64,000 nucleotides of DNA, from assembly GCA_003344405.1 (NCBI GenBank), contig NOWV01000012.1, positions 310,001 through 374,000 of the forward strand, written 5' to 3'. The stretch comes from Trichoplax sp. H2. Taxonomy: Eukaryota. Below the pieces are notes generated by a model that saw only the letters and a program-made list of their open reading frames with translations, ran no database searches and had not been told where the DNA came from. Each line of letters starts with the position of its first letter. The first letter of the stretch is position 1. The position numbers and the translations under genes were made by a program. This document shows positions 53,921-64,000 of this stretch, one piece after another.

Positions 53921-54587
53921 GATGATTAATGTTGAGCAGCAAGTAGCTGCAGATCTTGGCGAAGAGTTGAGGATGATGAATGGATGAGCTCAGCAACTAG
54001 AGCTCAATCTGAGCTGCAGACTGCAGTCATGGTGATGAAATGTTGCGTACTGTACGCGCGATACTTGTAGTTGAATCTATCTGTCGCTTGCGTTCCCATA
54101 GTGCATTATAGGCATAAGGCACCTGTTTGCGTTATGATTATTACAGACCACAGTACATATTGTACAGTGTACAGTACATCATGTACAGTACAGTACTGTA
54201 CCAGAAGTCGTGGATCTGATTCGAAGAAGAAATGGAGTCCATTTTGCAATGAAACGAAAGAAATCAATGAACTAAAAATCCAGTAAAATCTTTCATAGCT
54301 TCAATTTTTACCTTGTAACAGTTACACTAGATTGATGTAGATATTCTCTAGTGACATTCTTCAAAGACTCTTGACCCACATACTGTATAACAACGTGTTC
54401 ATATTTTTGTATCAGGCATTTATTAATAGATTAGCGATAGTAGCTAGCATACAGTGATAGCACTTGTACCCTGGTCGCAGTGTCCAGAATTAATATAATT
54501 TGCTAATTTGGTCATTGAAAAGATACTAAAGGCTGTCTCTTTAATAATCTTGCTAATATCTATTTTATCCAAGGCTATCTTAGCAGA

Positions 54588-57500
54588 ATGATACGTCGAT
54601 ATTACATCATTGTCTACCTTATGATTATTTCGTAAGTAATAATTGCTTAGCCTTCAACACTTCTAATATAAATGATGAATGATGCTGTCGTATGGATACA
54701 GACAAATACTCATCTAATGTCAGTAGGCTCCTTACACTGCATAATAAAATGAAATCGTGATATCGTTTTATCTTTGCAACCAGGGATAGTTATTAAAATG
54801 AATAGTATCTTAGTTGCTGGCAGATTTAGGAGATTCTGTAACGATCCATTTACTACTCAGTCGTACAGTCTCGTGTTAGACATACAGTATTACGTAGTAA
54901 CTTAAATAGTTAATATCAATTATATTATGAGCAATTATTTAGCCCTTGGTGTTGAAGTTGATTGCAAGAAATGATTTATGATTAGTTTAGCTACTACGTA
55001 TTTAACAAACTCATTTTCTGTCTATTTCCTCTATGCAATGCTATGCAATTTAGTAAAATGATCCAGCTGGGTATTATTGTATTATGATTCTATCTTCTGA
55101 TTTTAATTAAATTAAATAAATTCATGGTCGTCCTTAGGTTATGCCTGTCAAGTAGCCAAGACAACTTTTTTAACCAGTTTGCTAATCAAGCTTTTCAATT
55201 TGCCTATAAATCATGGTACGCATGACTATAAGATATCATTATAGTAATGTCATAATTACTGTTATAGTTAAATATTCTTATTATAGCGTACGGAGAAGAT
55301 TTAGTAATAAATCCAATGACGGATTAGATTAAAAAGTATATAGCGTATGACCATGAATTAAATTCAACGTGTCACATACTGCATATCAAAAAGTTACATA
55401 TTATATATAATAGTATTAAACAAACAACAAACTGAATTAAGGTTTGGAAATAACATTAATAAATTCTCTAATAATGCTTAATTTCAGTATCACATATTGT
55501 ATGTAAGTGATATATATATTGAGATATTACGAAGCATTTTTTTAAAATATTCAGTAGCAATAAACTGCACTAATATTAGAAGATAACATATTAATGGTTT
55601 TGTCAATATAACTTGTTACCATTACAGTGTACTATTGATGCTGTCTCTATATATGTTATGATATAAATTGTACTTTAGTGTTGTACTTCTGTAATAATAA
55701 TTTATTAAGAAGCCTTAAAACGATTGCAGTGATTAATATATAAAAATAGCACCCCAGGTACGTAAAATTTTGATAGAAATTGATCGCAACCATTGATTAG
55801 GATGATTCATATTTGGTAGGAATAATCAAAATTATCGTGAAGTCAGGCATCTAAATAATATTGATAAACCATCGTATGTACTAGCAACCCCAGGTGGAAG
55901 TTTATACATTTCAAGGTAATTTAGAAACTTAGAGTATCAACTTTTATATCGTCCGATTACATCGATCTGAATTTGATGAGAAACGTTTGATTGCTGGTAA
56001 TACTGTATGTTATCTAACAACAAATTATTTTAAATATTAATACCTATAACTAGTTATGAATTTGACATCCACATATAACTCGTATGTAACAAATTAACAC
56101 CATTTCTATTTCATTTTTAGCTTCATGAAAAATGAAGTAAGTCATTACAACCAACCAATTGAAGAAAACTTAAGTTTATTTTTCGACCTATAAGCTGTAC
56201 AAATATTTAATTGTAAATGGATAATTGAAATTTTAATGTGTAATCAAACGATCAGTAGCGCTAACGTAACATAGAAACGATTATACGTACTATGCGTCCT
56301 ATGATATCACCTATATGAGTACAAACGAGGTCTCATTAAATTAAATATTTCAAGTTAATCTTGATTTGTTTAAAGATTTGCTCTAATATACGTTTATCAC
56401 ATTCTAGTTGTACTCTACGGTGTTTAAGGAGTAAAACATGTTATAAAAGCTTATTTAGCATTGATTACCTAACCGAAAATTTTATACAAGACTAGCATTT
56501 AAAAAATATGACTGGAAAGTTTTATTTTATTGTAATACTATTGACCTTTTGCAGGTTTATTGGATACCTAATATTTATAAATCTCAGAGTCAAGCTGTTA
56601 CACTGATTCATGGTTCCGGTTTAGATGGTCCATGGGGAATGGTATTGGGTAAGATTTTATAATACCAGCTTAAAGTGCAGATACTGTAGGATTATATAAA
56701 CATGTAGAGCAATTTAGTCCACCTTTTAATTGAAATCGGGTCAATCCTATATGAGGGATCAAACATAAGAAATTAAACTTAAATCAAATACGATAGTTTT
56801 GTCAGTTGTACTATATTTATACATATGTATGCGTATTTTGCATGTTTTGGCAAACAAATTTTTATTACGTTACAATGCAAGCCGATGTTTACTTTAGGAG
56901 TTTTATAAGACATGTCTTTGCTTATGTTCTTGCATTAGTAAATTTAAACAATTGCAATATTTAATAATGTCTACAAATTTATTTATCACATGGGATGATT
57001 ATAATTATTTAAATATGTAAGATAACTTAGTCTACTTATCAAACTTAGATAATAAGATATTATATGTAGCAAGCTTTGCAACTGACGAAATTCGGAAGTA
57101 TAATTCTACGACTGGGGAATTTATAAATTCCTTTGGCGGTGAACAATATTTGGATTGTCCAGGTTATTCACATATCATTTTAATTTCATCAAACGTCATA
57201 CAATTCCATCTATTTGCTGTAGCTGATTCGTGATTATAACGCAGTCGTTTCTAAAATTATAGCAAAATACACTTATTAAATACTCTTTTCGTTTGTATAC
57301 TGCTATTCGTAAGAGTTGTGAGGTATAGGTATACAGTACAGCATATTTCGGTGTAACTGTCAAATACGACTGTAGATATTACAATTCTGATGTAATTATA
57401 AATATGCATCTTGTTACAGTATTTATCAATCTATTACTAACCTAAGACTTTAAATATTGATTTTCTATTACTTGCTGTAATTTCGGTACAGAGGGAATCG

Positions 57501-58949
57501 TATTAGGATCTAACAGAACTCTCTATGTTGCCAGTTTTCTGAACGATAAAGTAGTAAAATTTAATTTGGAAGGTGATTTCTTAGGAGTGGTACGTATATA
57601 TTCCATCATTACATTTAATTTATCCTTTAGAACTCATACTTCATACTGCTAAAATCGGTTCTACTCCAAATTTAATGCACATAATGTTTAATCTATGCAT
57701 ACATATATATATGTTAGGTAGCGGATGGGAGTAGCGGTTTAAAAGGGTATGCATACGAAAATATAAGTAGAATATAAGTAGTAGTAGAATATTGTAAGAT
57801 CTCTAATAAATAAATTTTGCCTTAATGCTACATTCATATAGTGACAAAACTTTAAATCATGCGATTATCCTGTTGAATGTATAGACCAGAAGACGTTTTG
57901 TTGATGAAAGATGGAAGCCTATTAGTTACCAGTCATTATAGTGATAATATCCTCAAATTTAATTCTCAAACTGGTAAGAAGAATAAATATTTCAAAGTCT
58001 TTGATATAGTATATAGGGAATGACCGGCCATTCCCGGGAGTAGCCAGGATTGACCGTAACATATATAGTAGTAGCCTACTACAGTTCGTAAAACTTCCAG
58101 GTATTTTTTATAATTGATAATTCTTTAATGAGACATACTTACATGTGCACATGTCCGTGTCAACACTACAAATAATTAGTTGAAAGATAAAACAATCTAA
58201 TGAAACGAAATAGCATTAAGTAGTAGGCTTAAGCGATTCACTTTGGACCTACTAGAAATGGCTATTAGCAAATTTTTAAAATCGCATTATAGCTGTACTG
58301 GGGTGTTTATTATGCTGTAGGCAAATTCTTGGGTGAATTTGGTAAAGTTGATAGGCCTGTAGGACTCGCTCTTGGTTATGATGGGTAAAACTCTGAGATC
58401 TATTATAGGTTAATGCTATATTTTGGATATCATTATTAGCTGTACCCTGAATTTCGTTTTCTTTTTTAGCTTTGTCTATGTAACAAGTTATTCCACGGAT
58501 AGCATCGTAATTTTGGATAGCAGCGGTACGAATATCTTATTGACGTGAAAAATTTTGAAGATAATTTCTTATCGTATTGAATGTGTATTCCTCTCTGCAT
58601 GGTACATGCAGTGTGCTGTATTACAACAGTATCTTATATTGTATGCACCCGTATAGTTCACTTATTATATATTAATTAACAAAAGAAATTTTTTTACCGC
58701 TTTATTCCATTCCTCGCTAAATATCAATAAGGACGCTTTGTTGACGTGGTAGCAAAACATGGAATGAATGGACCTTCTAGCTTAAGGCAAGTTTAACTTC
58801 AAATTACTATTATAAATTATATAGTTCTTCTGATCGATATTATGGTTTTGGATTACAGTTTTGCCAGTAGCCGAATTATATACTGTTCCAGCTATGGGAA
58901 TGATCGAGTCTTATCAATCAATATCTCATCAAGCGCTGTAATGAATTGA
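54588..58949 (+). CDS. Secreted NHL-repeat / six-bladed beta-propeller protein, 307 aa, 13 exons: 54588-54631, 55138-55215, 55820-55915, 56121-56136, 56555-56648, 57049-57162, 57492-57589, 57718-57746, 57885-57973, 58321-58384, 58470-58525, 58732-58786, 58859-58949
   Basis: The ORF track misses this gene. Phase-consistent exons give a signal peptide MIRRYYIIVYLMIISLCLSSS and six repeats such as GLDGPWGMVLDNKILYVASFATDEIRKYNSTTGEFINSF, LDCPEGIVLGSNRTLYVASFLNDKVVKFNLEGDFLG and LKGPEDVLLMKDGSLLVTSHYSDNILKFNSQTGKFLGEF. Confidence 0.85.
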
Positions 58950-59723
58950 TTATAATGATCAACACTGTTGCGAAGCCAGTTTTACTTTGATTCGGAGAAT
59001 ATAATGAAATACTCTAACTAATATGTTATTATTGTTAAGAAACCTAACAGTCATGGTCCTGTATGCCAAGCTTTATGAGCTTTGTAGTGATTAAATCACT
59101 TTTAAGACTAGTTTTTACTATGAAACAGGATAATGTAATTTACCTTATGCTTTTATCTAAATTACCTGCCTCTATCAAATTCCAACTACATGTACGTATT
59201 CTAAAAGAAACCTTTGTTTTCAATCTGACAGCGGTTGTGCTTCATTTATTCTGCTTCTAAGCAGTTTCGTACGCAGATGTAACCAAACATTATATTGTAT
59301 AAATGTTGTTTATTGTCATTTAAAGCTAGTATTATACCCCATTTTACACATCAAATTGTTTTCTTAGCATTTATTACTTTACTAACGGGAGACCTTTAAC
59401 CAACAAATTGATTTAATCAGTAGGTGAAGTATTTAATTGAAGCAGAATGGCAATTCGAGATGATAGTTTGCTCCATGTTTAACGTTGATGAAAGTACCTA
59501 TCATTGTTTTTCCTGCCATTTGTAGTGACAGTGCCAGTTGAAATTATAATTAAATTAATAGTAAATAATACTGATATATCGGTTTATTTAATCTAGTTTA
59601 CTTAGACAGTTGACATTCAAAATGCAATATCATGATAGATAAAAAATGGGTAATGTTTGAGTAAATGAATAGTTAGTATTTGATAAATCCCATCATTAAG
59701 TACAGACAATTAATTATTAAGAA

Positions 59724-62700
59724 CTACTTAATATCGCAAAGCAATGCTACGCCACGAAGTGTCCAATGATCAGGGGGTTGACTTGTTTTTAAATATAAAG
59801 AGAAGATATAATTTAAATCTGTACGTCGTTTCTTTCTGTAAACGGGACATTCGTACAGGCGATTATTTTCGCGAGCTGTTGTAACATTGACAGCATAAAT
59901 ATGGACAACCGGTAAAGGAGTGTATAGGACTTTAGGTGAGGGTTCTGTAAGCCTACAAGCTCTTCTCTCCCAACCAGCTCCTTCAAGGTATAGTCCATGA
60001 ACATAGACACCTTCCGCTGGCGGTGTAGCAATATCATCATTATAATGTTTTGTAACATCGTTTGCTAGTACCACGTTGTCTAAAGCCCAACCTTTATGAG
60101 CTCGAGTAACTTCTTGGCGCATTGCAGTCAAAAAGCCTTGTGGATTAAAGAAGCTAGTCATGTGGAAAACATTAGGACGCCCTTCAAAGAGCCATGTATG
60201 AAATTGAGCATTTCTCTCAAGTAATTCAGTAAACCAAAAGCCTAAAGTAGAAGATTCCCAAGAGACTTTTCTCCAAGAAACTGGCACCCTAGCATCATAC
60301 ATATTATCTAAAGCATCGCGTAGTATCTCACTCATAATGATGGTGCCATCAATCGCTAATTTAAGATCAGTTAATGTCTGCCTTACAGCAGAAATAACAC
60401 ATTGCATACGATCAATCTCTTGACGTAAGAAGATATTCATAGGTGATAGCAAGCCCATTTTCTGTAATCGATCTTTAACTTCATGGGCTATATAATCGGG
60501 GGGTAATTTCTCTAACATATCCATTGCTAACTTTAATACTACGCTCTCGCGTGTTTCACCGCCGCCAGATGCGCTATCTTTCGGTTGGATGTTGACAATT
60601 GTATCTAAAATATCGGTAGCAGTTTTAGTCTGGTAAGTGATATCAGCATTGGGATGCAGGCCAAAGGCTTCCGGCGAATCTACTAAGGGTAGACTATCAA
60701 TAGCTGTGCGGTAATCCTCTATGGTTTTACATTTAGGGATTCGATAACCCTCATAAAATCTGAAATTATCGGCAAACATGGCATCACTAAACCAAGTACG
60801 TGCAAAAGTATTTATCAATCGTTTGTCAAAATCATCTGTTACACGGCCGCCATATTGGACTTCTCCAATCATATATCTTACTGTATTCCATGATACTCCT
60901 TTCTTAATATCCATATCGTCTAAATGATTTTGCACAAATTGGACTGTTGCAGTAAGATCGGCTTCGTTAAATTCGTAAGGGATATTCCAACCTAATGGGC
61001 CAAACTTTCTCCTTTCTTGTACAACTGTGTGCAAGAATGCCACACCATAAAGCATTGGCTTCCATTGTGGCATGTTAGTAATATCTAATTGATCCTGAGT
61101 AATATTACCATACGTACGTTTAAGACCTGCCTTTGCACCTTGAGGTGGTTCATTCGTAAATTTAATTGAATGCTGTAAGATATTAATGGGAAATTGCGGG
61201 TGAACATCAGTTGTCATCCAAACTCTAAAGCTGTCATCAGCATTTTCTGCGTTTAATATGGTCTCTAGCAATTCTTCCATAAAATTAAGACCTAAATGGC
61301 AATTTTGTAGCATTAACCATCCTCCTTCAGACATTGTTTGAGAGAGTAAGCGACGAGCGTGTATTTCTTGACCTTGGCCCATAGAAATTGCTCGACATTC
61401 TAGTTTCATTTTCTTGGCTAAAGCCTCAATTGATGCTGTAGGATCGGAACCCATAGATAAGAAGCATATCATTGGTGTGCGAGTATTACTTTCTTCCCAC
61501 ATATTTTCTAAATCTAAGATTACTCCTTCGGCATATCTTGAACCAATCGATTCAATAATATAATGTCTCGCTTGTGGTATAGTACGATCAGGACACCAAC
61601 ATCGCACCAATAATAATTTCCGAAGTGTATCAAGAGAGGTACTATAACCATCAGGGATGATAGCTTCTTCAGGTGCGTCTTCATCATACCAACTTTTCCA
61701 ACCACGATCATTTCTCGAAATTTGACCTAAGATTTGAGAAAACTGAGGTAGTTTACTCAACTCAACCAGATTAAGCCAGGTAATGTCGGGTATCCATTTC
61801 TTAGGTTTAGGATCAACGTTGTTTAAGTCAAGGGCAGCACCACCTTTAATGAGTACTTGAAATTCGTCTGATTTTACACGGCCCTGCTGTAAATCAATCT
61901 TTAAAGCCAGTAACAACGTAAATAGGAATTTATGATTCTCATATAATCCTCGAACTGTATATTTGAATACTGCAAATGTTAGATAATCGATAACATTTTG
62001 TATACGTTTAGCTGGAATTGGCGATTTTTGTGAGCGTACCATAGAGAGATCAAACAATTTTAAAAACTGCGCTAGTGATGTTTGATACATGACATTTACC
62101 ATTGACATTTCTACAATTAAGAAATATAAGATGCTTCCACGTGTTGCTACTGGGCGATACTCCTCACGTGCAATATTAATTTTAGTTTCTGTTTCTGCTG
62201 CTACAGCTAATTTATCGCGTACTTCTTCAGCTGTTTTCTTAGTATTAGCCAAGACAGCGATTAATGATTCATCATCGACCAAAGATCCTTCAGTGCTGGT
62301 TAGCCGTAGTAAAAGGTTATCTTCCAAATCCTTTATTTTACGCCTATTAAACGTAACTTCTTCGATCAATTTTGTACGCTCCAGTTCTAATTCCTAAATA
62401 TCATCCGAATAGAAAGTGAATGTGTATATCAAAATCGTGCAATATTGATTAAAAGCTTAACATATTCATATTCGTGTACGCGTATACATTTATACAATAT
62501 GTGCTAGCTATATATTTGTATAAATTAAGTATTGGTGTATTCAGAGTGATTCTGTACCTTCTTCTCAGTTTGTATAACACGACCAAGCAATTGTCCTTCT
62601 AAGCCTTTCATCGTAACAGTGAAATCGATAATAGATGTTCTAGCACTTATTTCGGGGGTATATGCTGGATTGGGTAACTTGGTGGTAATATATAATCGGA

Positions 62701-64000
62701 AACCTTCCAAGATATCAATTTCTTTATCACCGACCTTGACTTTTAATGTTTTACCGATTTTGATAAAGTTCTTTTCTAAGACATTATCCAAGGCTGGATC
62801 GAGTTCTTCGTTAATGTCCTCAATCAATAATGGCCGACCTAAGGATAAACAATCTTCTAAATGCGCTCTGAAGTACTTATGATTTAATGAGGTCACTTGT
62901 AACTCATTGGGTGCTTCTCTATTTTTAATCCAAACTTTGCCTTGGCCCTGTGGATCGATAAGCAAGGGAAATCGTGACGCTTTGGTAGCTATTAGACCAT
63001 TCTCGATGGATAATTCATCATTTGGTAAACCTTGTAGATTCCACTCACCAATTGTAGCACTATCTGTTAGCATAGTTACTAAATCGAGATCTTCGGTGAA
63101 TGGGATTTTTTGACGTCTCATTTCTTTCTTCCATACATTAGATAAGTAAGAGCGAAATTCTTGGTTAAATGGACCAGAGTAGGATAAGAAACCGGTAGCT
63201 AATAAAACATCGCCAACAAGTCTGTTAGTTTGTTCTTCAAACATTTTACTCTGTTCTGTCCATCGTATCTTTTCTCCACCTAATCCATCAATTAAAGTTG
63301 TAGCATTATTCATTTTGCGCCTACAAGTTTCTGCATCATTAATTAGATTCTGCTTTTCAGTTACAGCTGCTTCATATTGCTTTTGAACGGCATCTAATTC
63401 AGCTTGCTTTTCGTCGAACTGATTCTGAGCCTTAGTTAAATTTCCATTCGCTTGATTTAATCTCGCTTCTTGCACCATTAGGTTAGCTTTGAGTGGCAAT
63501 ACTTCTTTATTAACAGCATAAAATGCACACATTGCCTTAGTCCACGATAGCAAACCTGCAACATCACCACAAGCTTTCTTAGCTGTATCTATATTGTAAT
63601 CTTCGTTTGCAAAATAGATTTCCAATAATTCTACAGTTTCATCATTAATGGAATCTTTCTGAAATTGAACCAAGGATTGTAAAAATCCACTATTATTCAT
63701 CATTCTTAATGCTTCACCCCATGATGGCTTAATAGTCGGCTTTTCTGGATCAGGTTGAGTAGGATCAAGCCGTTTATTAAATAGTAATAAGACACAATCC
63801 ATAATTCTCATAATTAAATGAGGCGGCTTGGCTAATTTACGTACGGTAGCAATATGCTGTGCTTTAATAGTTTGCAATGCGGCTTCAGCTTCTTCGAGCG
63901 CTGGTTTAGCTGCTTCAAGGCGTTCCTCAGCTGCAGCTTTGTCGACAGCAATTTCATCTACAATAGCTTGTGCTTTCTCTTTTACTTTCAGAACTTGTTG
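59724..64000 (-). CDS. DNAH5: Axonemal outer-arm dynein heavy chain (DNAH5/DNAH8 group), 3' part: stalk, AAA5, AAA6, C-terminus. Exons >64000-62558 and 62393-59724
   Basis: [17 protein letters not shown] (microtubule-binding domain), [50 protein letters not shown] and the terminal [14 protein letters not shown]. The DNAH5 and DNAH8 paralogues cannot be distinguished here. Confidence 0.95.

Noticed and set aside
58016-58056. Small GC-rich hairpin gggaatg-accggc-cattccc in an intron
   Set aside because: A 7-bp stem only, with no further support.

Overview
AT-rich, intron-dense eukaryotic genomic DNA from an early-branching animal. Gene content, short GT-AG introns and the opsin-like GPCR suggest a placozoan such as Trichoplax; this is inference and was not checked against a database. 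Ten protein-coding genes were reconstructed by hand from splice sites: cytosolic aspartyl-tRNA synthetase DARS1 (minus, 3' part outside the window), listerin LTN1 (minus), TIMM13 (plus), a CIN85/CD2AP-like SH3 adaptor (minus), adrenodoxin FDX1 (plus), an unrecognised 299-aa type I membrane protein (minus), an intronless opsin-like class A GPCR (plus), PDSS2 (minus), a secreted 307-aa NHL/beta-propeller protein with bacterial-style repeats (plus) and the 3' end of an outer-arm dynein heavy chain, DNAH5/8 (minus). Non-coding features include a TG..CA insertion with a 5-bp target duplication in LTN1 intron 1, a TA-flanked 210-bp foldback MITE, Helitron-like 3' termini next to tandem arrays, an 89/81-bp minisatellite, a small dispersed inverted-repeat family and TACAGTA/TACTGTA clusters near gene 5' ends. 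The best leads are the opsin-like GPCR (Asp at the 181 counterion position, TM7 Lys one residue off the retinal-binding site), the bacterial-like propeller gene and the orphan membrane protein. No CRISPR array, rRNA or intact tRNA was seen. All exon boundaries and alignments were done by eye.
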